DNA of 64,000 nt, from positions 9,426-73,425 of the forward strand of contig JBEKCB010000027.1 of the NCBI GenBank assembly GCA_050015075.1, in the 5' to 3' direction. Below the pieces are notes generated by a model. It searched no databases, was not told where the DNA came from, and saw only the letters and a list, made by a program, of their open reading frames with translations. Every line of letters starts with the position of its first letter. Position 1 is the stretch's first letter. A program made the position numbers and the translations under genes. Source of the stretch: Candidatus Brocadiia bacterium. Lineage in GTDB: Bacteria; Planctomycetota; Brocadiia; CAIUPP01. This document shows positions 41,061 to 50,410 of the stretch, piece after piece.

Positions 41061-41468
41061 TCACTTCAATTCGACCTTAGCGCCGACTTCCTCGAGCTTG
41101 GCCTTGATCTTCTGGGCTTCATCCTTGCCCACGGCTTCCTTGACCGGCTTCGGGGCGGTGTCCACGAGGGCCTTGGCTTCCTTGAGCCCGAGGGTCGTGA
41201 ACTCGCGGACGACCTTGATGGCCTGCAGCTTGTTCGGGCCGGCGTTGACGAGGATGACGTCGAAGTCGGTCTTCTCCTCGGCGGCGGCAGCGGCGGCCGG
41301 AGCGGCAACGGCGGCGGCGGCCGCGACGGGCGCGGCGGAAACGCCGAACTTCTGCTCGAACGCCTTGACCAGCTCGGCGGATTCGAGCAGCGTCATGCCG
41401 GAAACCAGCTCCAGCACCTGCTGCACCTTCGGGGACAACGACGCGGCGGTCTGAGTTGCTTCGCCCAT
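41061..41468 (-). CDS. rplL: 50S ribosomal protein L7/L12
   Basis: [23 protein letters not shown]; ATG 41468 with AGGAG RBS. Confidence 0.98.
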   Translation of the reverse strand: MGEATQTAASLSPKVQQVLELVSGMTLLESAELVKAFEQKFGVSAAPVAAAAAVAAPAAAAAAEEKTDFDVILVNAGPNKLQAIKVVREFTTLGLKEAKALVDTAPKPVKEAVGKDEAQKIKAKLEEVGAKVELK

Positions 41469-41598
41469 GAGTCCTCTCCTTTTAACGTTTAACTTTATCA
41501 CCCGCTCACGAAATCACGGAGAACCGCAGTCGTTTCTCCGGGTGAGCGAGTGACCTTGCGGCCCAACCGTCCACACCAAGCCCGCGACAGCGAGGCGG

Positions 41599-42183
41599 CT
41601 ACGCGGCCGCTCCGCCGGGGACGGGTCCAGAAGCTGCCGCTTGCGGGCTGGGCGGCGGACTCATCCCTTCCTTCTGATTCCGGATTCCTTCGAGAGCGCA
41701 GGCGAGGCTCCGGAAAATGCTCTGGAACGCGCCGGCGGTGCGCGCCATCGGGGCGCGGAGGCTGCCGGCCATCTGGGCGCGCAGGACCGCCATCGGCGGA
41801 ATGCTCGCCAGCACGGCGATCCCGGCCTTCTCGTACGCGGCGCCGTCCATGTAGCCGCCGCGGATGGAAATCCGGTTCTCGAGTTTCTTCGACTGCTCCA
41901 CCATGATCTTGCAGATCGCCGGCAGGTCCACCTGGCCGGTCACGAGCGCGCAGGGCCCCTGCAGGAACTTGGTCCCGGCGCCGATTCCGCTGCCCTCGAG
42001 CACTCGCGCGGCCACGGAGTTCTTGACGACCTCGATGTGGATCCGGCTGTCGCGCAGCAGCTTGCGGAACTGCGCGGTCTCGGGGCCGGTCAGCCGCTCG
42101 AACCCGACCACCAGGTAATTCGTGCCTTTGGGGAACCGCTGCTCCATCTCGGCAGCGATCATGCGATTCATCTCTTTCGGCAT
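41599..42183 (-). CDS. rplJ: 50S ribosomal protein L10
   Basis: VVKNSV motif; position between rplA and rplL. Confidence 0.93.
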   Translation of the reverse strand: MPKEMNRMIAAEMEQRFPKGTNYLVVGFERLTGPETAQFRKLLRDSRIHIEVVKNSVAARVLEGSGIGAGTKFLQGPCALVTGQVDLPAICKIMVEQSKKLENRISIRGGYMDGAAYEKAGIAVLASIPPMAVLRAQMAGSLRAPMARTAGAFQSIFRSLACALEGIRNQKEGMSPPPSPQAAASGPVPGGAAA

Positions 42184-42242
42184 GTGCGCGCTCCCTCAGT
42201 CTGAAGTGCAATTCATTGCGGATCAGCCAACGTTCACGCTTC

Positions 42243-42923
42243 TCATACCGCCAGGCGGATCGCCGGGCTCATCGTGGAAGAGAGATACGCGCCCACGATG
42301 AACACGCCCTTCACACTGGCCGGTTTCGCGGCCTGAATATGCGCGATGAAGGACTCGACGTTCTGCCGAAGGTCCTCCTCGGAGAAACTGAGTTTGCCGA
42401 CGGGCGCGTGCAGATTGCCCGTCGCGTCGGTCCGGTACTCCATGCGCCCGGCCCGGAACTCCTTGACTGCCTGCGGCACGTTCTCGGCCACGGTGCCGCT
42501 CTTGGGCGAGGGCATTTTGCCCTGCGGGCCGAGGACGCGGCCCAGCTTGCCGACGATGCGCATCATGTCGGGGGCGGCCACGGCGATGTCGAACTCCGTC
42601 CAGCCGTCCTGCACTTTCTTGACGAGTTCTTCGCCGCCCGCCTCGACGGCGCCGGCTTCCTTGGCGGCCTCGGCCGCGGCGCCGACGCAGAAAGCGATGA
42701 CGCGCTTTTCCCTGCCCAGGCCCTTCGGCAGGCTCGCCGAGCCGCGCAACATCTGGTCGGGCTGCTTGACGTCGACGCCGAGCCGCATAGAAATCTCCAC
42801 GGTCTCGTCGAACTTCGCCGGCGGAAACGTCTTGAGCACGGCGACCGCCTCCGCGACGGCGTACCGCTTGCTGGCGTCAACCTTCTTCTGCGCTTCGCGA
42901 AATCGTTTGCTGTTTTGGGCCAT
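42243..42923 (-). CDS. rplA: 50S ribosomal protein L1
   Basis: KFDETVE, LGRVLGPQGKMPSPKSGTV, SSTMSP. Confidence 0.98.
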   Translation of the reverse strand: MAQNSKRFREAQKKVDASKRYAVAEAVAVLKTFPPAKFDETVEISMRLGVDVKQPDQMLRGSASLPKGLGREKRVIAFCVGAAAEAAKEAGAVEAGGEELVKKVQDGWTEFDIAVAAPDMMRIVGKLGRVLGPQGKMPSPKSGTVAENVPQAVKEFRAGRMEYRTDATGNLHAPVGKLSFSEEDLRQNVESFIAHIQAAKPASVKGVFIVGAYLSSTMSPAIRLAV

Positions 42924-42935
42924 GAACTTACTCCA

Positions 42936-43361
42936 CTATGCTATCTCGATACCCATGCTGCGCGCGGTGCCCGCGATGATGAGTTCAGCGGCGGCCACAT
43001 CGGCTGCGTTGAGGTCTTTCATCTTCAGCGTGGCGATCTCGCGGACCTGCGCGCGGGTGACCTTGCCCACTTTTTCCTTATTCGGCGTGCCGGATCCCTT
43101 CGCGACCCCGGCGGCCTTCTTGAGGAGGACCGCCGCCGGCGGCGTCTTCGTGATGAAATCGAACGAGTGGTCGCGGTAAACGGTGATCTCGACCGGGATC
43201 GTCATCCCCGCCGCGTCGCGCGTCCGCTCGTTGAACTTCCGGACGAACTCGCCGATGTTGACGCCGTGCTGGCCGAGGGCCGGGCCGACCGGCGGGGCCG
43301 GCGTCGCCTGGCCGCCGGCGCACTGAATCTTGATCTTCGTGAGTATCGGTTTGCTGGCCAT
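42936..43361 (-). CDS. rplK: 50S ribosomal protein L11
   Basis: [27 protein letters not shown]. Confidence 0.99.
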   Translation of the reverse strand: MASKPILTKIKIQCAGGQATPAPPVGPALGQHGVNIGEFVRKFNERTRDAAGMTIPVEITVYRDHSFDFITKTPPAAVLLKKAAGVAKGSGTPNKEKVGKVTRAQVREIATLKMKDLNAADVAAAELIIAGTARSMGIEIA

Positions 43362-43382
43362 GTTTTGACTCCGACGAAACTC

Positions 43383-43931
43383 CTACACTCGTTCCACTTG
43401 CCAGTACTCGAGTTCGACCGGCGTGGGCCGTCCGAAGATCGTGACGATGACCTTGACCGTGCCCTTGGCCGGCGAGACTTCCTCGACAGTGCCTTCGAAA
43501 TTCTCGAACGGGCCTTCCTTGATTCGGACCGCTTCCCCGCCGGAGAAGCCGATCTTGAGTTTGGGCGCCTCTTCACGGTGCTCGACTTCGCCGAGGATTT
43601 TCTCGACGTCGCGCTTGCCCATGGAGATCGGGCGATTGCCATCGCTCAGGAAATCGCCGATGCCCGGCGTTTCGCGGATGGTGAACCAGGCGGTCTGGGG
43701 AATATCCACCACCTCGCCGGTCTCGATCTCGATCATGATATAACCGGGGTAAATCTTGCGCTCGCGGACGCGCTTCTGCCCGCCGCGGATTTCGGAGATG
43801 CGTTCGCTGGGCACCACGATGCGGCAAACGGTCGCCTGGAGCGCATCCGCGCGGACTCGGCGCTCGAGCGCTTCGCGCACCTGGTCTTCCTTGCCGCTCT
43901 GGACGCGCACGACGTACCAGTTCTTGGACAT
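43383..43931 (-). CDS. nusG: Transcription elongation factor NusG
   Basis: WYVVRVQSGKE, YPGYI, KOW GPFENFEG, IFGRPTPVEL; ATG 43931. Confidence 0.98.
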   Translation of the reverse strand: MSKNWYVVRVQSGKEDQVREALERRVRADALQATVCRIVVPSERISEIRGGQKRVRERKIYPGYIMIEIETGEVVDIPQTAWFTIRETPGIGDFLSDGNRPISMGKRDVEKILGEVEHREEAPKLKIGFSGGEAVRIKEGPFENFEGTVEEVSPAKGTVKVIVTIFGRPTPVELEYWQVERV

Positions 43932-43960
43932 TAGGGGAAGTCTCTCCGAAAAGCCCGGAC

Positions 43961-44368
43961 CTACTTCGTTCTGTACAGGCGCAGGATGCCGGACGTGAAA
44001 ATCAGGTCCGCGACCCACAGCACCGCTGAAAACACTACCAGCGCGATAATGACCACCAACGTCTGCCGTTTGAGTTCCGCATACGTCGGCCAGGAAACCT
44101 TGCGAAGCTCGATCTCGCTCATGATCAGGTAGTCCACGAACTTCGGAAGGTTGATCAGCCAGACAATCAGCGCCGCCGCTCCCAGGAACACCAGGATGCT
44201 GACCAGCGCGCTGTAGGCCACTTCGGTGCTGCCGACGTGGAAACTGCCGCCGACGGCGCTAAGGTAGTCGAACAGCTCATAAGTGCCGAACGCCGCGAGG
44301 GCGCCCATGCCGACGGCCGCAATCGCGCGCGCAGTTGTGCCTTGGCCTTTTTTGTAAATCTCAAACAT
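43961..44368 (-). CDS. secE: Preprotein translocase SecE (multi-TM)
   Basis: ELRKVSWPT motif; YKKGQG N-terminus; lies between tRNA-Trp and nusG. Confidence 0.95.
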   Translation of the reverse strand: MFEIYKKGQGTTARAIAAVGMGALAAFGTYELFDYLSAVGGSFHVGSTEVAYSALVSILVFLGAAALIVWLINLPKFVDYLIMSEIELRKVSWPTYAELKRQTLVVIIALVVFSAVLWVADLIFTSGILRLYRTK

Positions 44369-44430
44369 CCTGCCTCCGCTGCCTCTTCAAGCTGAACCTG
44401 TGCGGCTCTCGTCGCGGACCGTTCGATAAT

Positions 44431-44506
44431 TGGCAGGCCAGGAGGGAGTCGAACCCCCAACATTCCGCTTTGGAGACGGATGCTCTGCCAATTGAGCTAC
44501 TGGCCT
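44431..44506 (-). tRNA. tRNA-Trp(CCA)
   Basis: Cloverleaf, anticodon loop CTCCAAA, TTCGA T-loop, encoded CCA end. Confidence 0.97.
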
Positions 44507-44559
44507 GCCCATCTGCGCGGCTCGGCGTTCGCCCGTGCGGCCGCGCCCGGCGGAAGAAA

Positions 44560-44709
44560 CTACTTCTTCTTCTCGACGTGGACAGTCCGCTTCCGGTCGT
44601 ACTTGCAATACTTCTTCAGCTCGAGCTTCTTGCCGGCCCGCGTTTCGCGGCTGGTGCGGTAGTTGCGGTTCCCGCACACCGTGCATTCAAGGCTCATGAA
44701 TTCGCGCAT
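44560..44709 (-). CDS. rpmG: 50S ribosomal protein L33
   Basis: Manual translation: MREFMSLECTVCGNRNYRTSRETRAGKKLELKKYCKYDRKRTVHVEKKK. Confidence 0.97.
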   Translation of the reverse strand: MREFMSLECTVCGNRNYRTSRETRAGKKLELKKYCKYDRKRTVHVEKKK

Positions 44710-44736
44710 CGCGAAACCTTCCGATAAACGTTTCGA

Positions 44737-45939
<1,203 letters not shown>

Positions 45940-46014
45940 TGTCTTTCTCCTATCCTGGTCTATACCACTCCGGTATGCCCCTCGTGAGCACCGGACTCAG
46001 CGCGTCGCATTGCG

Positions 46015-46089
<75 letters not shown>

Positions 46090-46129
46090 GCCCTTCACTC
46101 AGCCGTCAGCAGGCCGTCGCTTCCCCAGA

Positions 46130-46203
46130 TGGAGCGGGCGATGGGAATCGAACCCACACAGCCAGCTTGGAAGGCTGGAGCTCTGCCATTGAGCTACGCC
46201 CGC
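46130..46203 (-). tRNA. tRNA-Gly(TCC)
   Basis: Cloverleaf, anticodon TCC, CCA end. Confidence 0.96.
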
Positions 46204-46206
46204 CAA

Positions 46207-46292
46207 TGGTGGGGAGAGCAGGATTCGAACCTGCGAAGGACAGTGCCAACAGATTTACAGTCTGTCCCCTTTGGCCGCTTGGGTATCTCCCC
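46207..46292 (-). tRNA. tRNA-Tyr(GTA)
   Basis: Long variable arm, anticodon GTA, CCA end. Confidence 0.96.
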
Positions 46293-46301
46293 GGCGTCTT
46301 C

Positions 46302-46376
46302 TGGAGCTAGCGGTGGGAATTGGACCCACAACCTGCGGTTTACAAAACCGCCGCTCTGCCATTGAGCTACGCTAGC
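46302..46376 (-). tRNA. tRNA-Thr(TGT)
   Basis: Anticodon TGT, CCA end; first gene of the classic Thr-Tyr-Gly-Thr-tuf cluster. Confidence 0.95.
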
Positions 46377-46408
46377 AACATCATCGGCGCGGACACATCG
46401 GAAAGGGT

Positions 46409-46436
46409 ATTATACCAAAACGGCCGCGACTTGCAA
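46409..46436 (-). promoter_or_regulatory. Putative promoter of the tRNA-tuf operon
   Basis: Minus strand TTGCAA-16nt-TATAAT with TG extended -10. Confidence 0.75.
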
Positions 46437-46550
46437 CCCTGGATTTCAGGAATAAGACTCCCCCGCCCCGACGATGTCCGCGACAACGTCCGGGATCTGC
46501 AGCCACCTGTCTGCACTGGGCGAAGTCACCTGGAAGGGAGTGCGTGCATT

Positions 46551-46627
46551 TGGCACCCCCCGCAGGGCTCAAACCTGCAACCTTCGGCTCCGGAGGCCGA
46601 CGCTCTATTCAATTGAGCTAGGGGGGC
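46551..46627 (-). tRNA. tRNA-Arg(CCG)
   Basis: Cloverleaf, anticodon loop CTCCGGA, CCA end. Confidence 0.93.
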
Positions 46628-46667
46628 GTCTGGTCACATCCTCGCGCGCCAGGTCTACAGCGCAGTT

Positions 46668-46696
46668 ATCTTATCACACATGTTTCGCCGATTCAA
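46668..46696 (-). promoter_or_regulatory. Putative promoter of tRNA-Arg
   Basis: Minus strand TTGAAT-17nt-TAAGAT with TG. Confidence 0.55.
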
Positions 46697-46707
46697 GCCC
46701 TTCTGAC

Positions 46708-46735
46708 TTGATAATCGCGGGCGGAAAGATATAAT
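46708..46735 (+). promoter_or_regulatory. Putative promoter of the ffh operon
   Basis: TTGATA-16nt-TATAAT. Confidence 0.65.
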
Positions 46736-46771
46736 AAGATGTTTTCGCCGATCCCCTTCGAGAGCAATGGT

Positions 46772-48139
46772 ATGTTTGAGTCGCTCACGGAAAACTTGAA
46801 TACCGTCTTCAGAAAGCTGCGCGGCACCGCCGTCATCAGCGAGGGGAACACCCGCGACGCCATGCGCGAAATCCGCACGGCCCTGCTCGAAGCTGATGTC
46901 AGCTATAAAGTCGTCAAGGACTTCTCGAACACCTGCATCGAACGCGCGCTCGGCCAGGAAGTGCTCCGCAGCGTCGCGCCCGGACAGCAGATCGTCAAGA
47001 TCGTGCATGACGAACTGGTCCAGCTCATGGGCCCGGTGGACCACGCGATCCGTTTCGCGGAACACCCGCCCACCGTCATCATGCTCGCCGGCCTCCAGGG
47101 ATCGGGCAAGACGACGACCGCCGGCAAGCTCGGGCGCTACCTGCAGCAGCGCGGCCACTCGCCCATGCTCGTCGCGGCGGACGTGCAGCGTCCCGCCGCC
47201 GTGCAGCAGTTGCGCGTGCTCGGCGAGGAACTCCACATGCCGGTCTATTCCGAGGGCAGCGGCCGCCCGCCCCGCATCTGCGAACGTTCTCTCGACGCCG
47301 CGCGCCAGGCGAATTGCGACGTCGTGGTCCTCGACACCGCCGGCCGTCTCCACATTGACGAAGAGCTGATGGCGGAGCTGCTCGAGATCAAGACGCGCGC
47401 GAAGCCGCAGCAGATTTTCCTGGTGTGCGACGCGATGACCGGCCAGGACGCGGTCAACAGCGCCAACGAGTTCAACGCCCAGCTCGACATTGACGGCGTG
47501 ATCCTGACCAAGCTCGACGGCGACGCGCGCGGCGGCGCGGCGCTCAGCATCAAGGCGGTCACCGGAAAGCCGGTCAAGTTCATCGGCGTCGGCGAAAAAC
47601 TCGACACCCTCGAAGAGTTCCACCCCGACCGCATGGCCTCGCGCATCCTCGGCATGGGCGACATCGTGACGCTGGTCGAAAAAGTCCAGGCCGAAGTGGA
47701 CGTGAAGCGCGGCCGGGAGCTGCAGGAGAAAATCCGGAAGCGGACCCTCTCGCTCGAGGACTTCCTGCAGCAGCTTCAGCAGTTCAAGAAAATGGGGAAC
47801 ATCCAGGACATGCTTGGGCTTCTGCCCGGGATGGGCGGCATGGATTTCTCCTCGGCCCAGGGCGAGGTGACGAGGGTCGAGGCGATCATCCGGTCCATGA
47901 CCCCGGAAGAGCGCAACAACCCGGACATCGTGGACAGCTCGCGGCGCCGCCGCATCGCGGCCGGGAGCGGAAGCAACTCGCAGGAGATCAACCACCTGCT
48001 GAAGCAGTTCCGCCAGATGATGAAACTCATGAGGCGTTTCGGAGAGGGCGGCAAGGGGCCGAAAGGGTTTGGACTTCCGCCGATGGCGGGCTCCAGAACT
48101 CCGCGTCTCGGGCCCCGCCCGCCTATGCCAGGTCACTAA
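46772..48139 (+). CDS. ffh: Signal recognition particle protein Ffh
   Basis: MFESL, GLQGSGKTTT, DTAGR, TKLDGDARGG, M domain SRRRRIAAGSG. Confidence 0.98.
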   Translation: MFESLTENLNTVFRKLRGTAVISEGNTRDAMREIRTALLEADVSYKVVKDFSNTCIERALGQEVLRSVAPGQQIVKIVHDELVQLMGPVDHAIRFAEHPPTVIMLAGLQGSGKTTTAGKLGRYLQQRGHSPMLVAADVQRPAAVQQLRVLGEELHMPVYSEGSGRPPRICERSLDAARQANCDVVVLDTAGRLHIDEELMAELLEIKTRAKPQQIFLVCDAMTGQDAVNSANEFNAQLDIDGVILTKLDGDARGGAALSIKAVTGKPVKFIGVGEKLDTLEEFHPDRMASRILGMGDIVTLVEKVQAEVDVKRGRELQEKIRKRTLSLEDFLQQLQQFKKMGNIQDMLGLLPGMGGMDFSSAQGEVTRVEAIIRSMTPEERNNPDIVDSSRRRRIAAGSGSNSQEINHLLKQFRQMMKLMRRFGEGGKGPKGFGLPPMAGSRTPRLGPRPPMPGH

Positions 48140-48156
48140 CGTTTAAAGGAGGACAC

Positions 48157-48411
48157 GTGGCAGTCAAGATTCGTTTGAAGAAAACGGGCCGCAAGAATCG
48201 TCCGTCGTACCGGATCGTGGCGACGGACGCGCACGCGAAGCGCGACGGCAAGGAACTCGAAGTCCTCGGCCATTACGACCCGCGCGCCGCCGACAAGGAA
48301 AAGCAGGTGGCGATTGACCGCGACCGCGTCCAGTACTGGCTCGGCGTCGGCGCGCAGCCGACGGACACGGTGGCCGGCATGCTGAAACGGGCGGGGATCA
48401 AGAAGGCCTGA
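48157..48411 (+). CDS. rpsP: 30S ribosomal protein S16
   Basis: VKIRL, YRIVATD, RDGK, GAQPTDTV. Confidence 0.98.
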   Translation: MAVKIRLKKTGRKNRPSYRIVATDAHAKRDGKELEVLGHYDPRAADKEKQVAIDRDRVQYWLGVGAQPTDTVAGMLKRAGIKKA

Positions 48412-48454
48412 CGGCTGCCGCGAACAGCCTCGCGAGGTCCGAGGACGGAACGTC

Positions 48455-49177
48455 ATGCGCGTGGATATTTTGACGCTCTTTCCGGCCATGTTCCCGCCGG
48501 TGCTGAGCGAGAGCATCCTGCGAATCGCCCAGGAGAAACGGATCGTGGAGTGCCACGTCCACGATCTCAGGCCGTTCGGCGAGGGCTCGCGCAGAAACGT
48601 GGACGACCGTCCGTACGGCGGCGGGCCCGGCATGGTGATGACCTGCGCGCCGGTGTTCCAGGCCGTTGAGGAGATCGAACGCGAGGCGGGCCGAACGCAC
48701 CGGATACTGACCTCGCCGCAAGGCCGCCTGCTGACGAACGAGGTGGCCGTGGAATTGGCCGCAAAGCCGCGCCTGCTCATCGTCTGCGGCCACTATGAGG
48801 GATATGACGAACGGATCCCGATGGGGCTTGAAGCGGACGAGATCTCCATCGGCGATTACGTGCTGACCGGAGGCGAGCTGGCTGCCATGGTCATTGTGGA
48901 CGCCGCCGTCCGGCTGATCCCGGGCGTCCTCGGCGATGAGGAATCGAGCCGCCGCGACTCGTTCGCGCAAGGCGTGCTCGGGTATCCTCAGTACACGCGG
49001 CCGCCGGAGTTTCGCGGCATGAAGGTGCCCGAGGTGCTGCTCTCCGGCGATCACGGCGTCATTGCGGAGTGGCGCGCGGCGCAGGCCAGACTTCGCACGG
49101 CGCAGAGGAAGCCTGGTCTCCTGATGAAGCGAGGGGCGCCGGTCCCTCGCCGTGACGTCAAGGAATCGAGTTCGTAA
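48455..49177 (+). CDS. trmD: tRNA (guanine37-N1)-methyltransferase
   Basis: VDDRPYGGGPGMV, CGHYEGYDER, SIGDYVLTGGE, YTRP. Confidence 0.98.
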   Translation: MRVDILTLFPAMFPPVLSESILRIAQEKRIVECHVHDLRPFGEGSRRNVDDRPYGGGPGMVMTCAPVFQAVEEIEREAGRTHRILTSPQGRLLTNEVAVELAAKPRLLIVCGHYEGYDERIPMGLEADEISIGDYVLTGGELAAMVIVDAAVRLIPGVLGDEESSRRDSFAQGVLGYPQYTRPPEFRGMKVPEVLLSGDHGVIAEWRAAQARLRTAQRKPGLLMKRGAPVPRRDVKESSS

Positions 49178-49228
49178 CGTGCCCGGCTGGGTCGTTTTCC
49201 ATTTCTCGTTTTGGGTCGGAGCAAGACT

Positions 49229-49669
49229 ATGACGAACCCCATCGTGCAGGAGCTCGAAAAAGCGCAGTTGAAGAAGACCGTCCCCGAGTTCGATATCGGC
49301 GATACCGTGGAAGTGCGCACGAAGATCAAGGAAGGCGACAAGGAACGCATCTCCGTGTTCATCGGCACCGTCATCGGCCGCCAGGGCACCGGTGTGCGCG
49401 AGACCTTCAAGGTCCGCCGCCTCGTACAGGGCGAGGGAGTCGAGAGGACGTTCCCGCTCCACAGTCCCCTGCTCACCGAAGTGCGCGTCCGCCACAAGGG
49501 CGAAGTCCGGCGCGCCAAGCTTTATTACCTGCGCCGCCGCGTCGGCAAGGCCACGCGCATCAAGGGCCGGACGGTCCACGAAGTGGCCGGTTCCGAAAGC
49601 CAGCCGATCGCCGAGCCGCAAGCCGGCGCTGAGAAAGCGCCCGAGGCAAAAGCTCCCGCGAAGGAGTGA
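49229..49669 (+). CDS. rplS: 50S ribosomal protein L19
   Basis: GDTVEV, GVERTFP, VRRAKLYYLR; ATG 49229. Confidence 0.98.
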   Translation: MTNPIVQELEKAQLKKTVPEFDIGDTVEVRTKIKEGDKERISVFIGTVIGRQGTGVRETFKVRRLVQGEGVERTFPLHSPLLTEVRVRHKGEVRRAKLYYLRRRVGKATRIKGRTVHEVAGSESQPIAEPQAGAEKAPEAKAPAKE

Positions 49670-49675
49670 TCGGCG

Positions 49676-50059
49676 GTGCCCGGGAAATCGCGGCGCGTTC
49701 TGGGCGAGCAGGGTGAACGGCTTGCGGAGGAATTCCTCCGCAAGCTGGGCTGCAAGATCCTGCGCCGGAACTGGCATTCCCGGCTCGGAGAGATTGATCT
49801 CATCGCGCGCGACGGCGACGAGGTCGTCTTTGTTGAAGTGAGGTTGCGCTCCTCGGGAGACTGGGGCGTCCTCCAGGAAGCCGCCCGCGCCGGAAAGCGG
49901 CGCCGCATCTGCCTCGCCGCGAGCGAGTTCGCGGACCGGAACCGCCTGCACGGGCACACGCTTCGGTTCGACGTCGTTGCCGTGCTCCTGCCGCCCGGCG
50001 GCGCGCCGGAAATCCGGCACTACAAAGACGCGTTTCCCATCGTCCGACCTACAAGCTGA
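49676..50059 (+). CDS. YraN (UPF0102) family nuclease-fold protein
   Basis: LGEQGE..A, GEIDLIA, VFVEVR, RFDVVAV. Confidence 0.92.
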   Translation: MPGKSRRVLGEQGERLAEEFLRKLGCKILRRNWHSRLGEIDLIARDGDEVVFVEVRLRSSGDWGVLQEAARAGKRRRICLAASEFADRNRLHGHTLRFDVVAVLLPPGGAPEIRHYKDAFPIVRPTS

Positions 50060-50102
50060 CGCGCTTCCCTCTAAGCCGCGGTTTCGGGCGGGAAGCTCGA
50101 TC

Positions 50103-50142
50103 AAAAAGAAGACGGTTCGACGCTTTCACGCCGAACCGTCTT
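50103..50142 (-). terminator. Intrinsic terminator-like hairpin (minus-strand oriented, possibly bidirectional)
   Basis: Minus: AAGACGGTTCGGCG-TGAAAG-CGTCGAACCGTCTT-CTTTTT. Confidence 0.7.
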
Positions 50143-50410
50143 ACTTTCGATCCGGCCGCCTGGGTCTGCCCCCGCACATCATCCCACATTCCCCGGCAGC
50201 CGGTTCTCGCCCCACTGCCGCAGTTTACCAGACCGACGACGCCAATCAATCGGGCGGCTGCCGATTCCTCGCATAGGAGAAACTCCTATGCGGCCGGCAC
50301 GCAGGAAGCGCCGCGGCGACTTATGGTAATATGATGACGCATCCGCCCGCCGGGCGACGTCGCCCGACGGGAATTCGAGATGAGACCCGCAGCCGTTTTC
50401 CGAGAACGCC

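Noticed and set aside
46551-46627. tRNA-Arg as an integration site of a mobile element
   Set aside because: No integrase and no duplicated tRNA 3' end seen in the window
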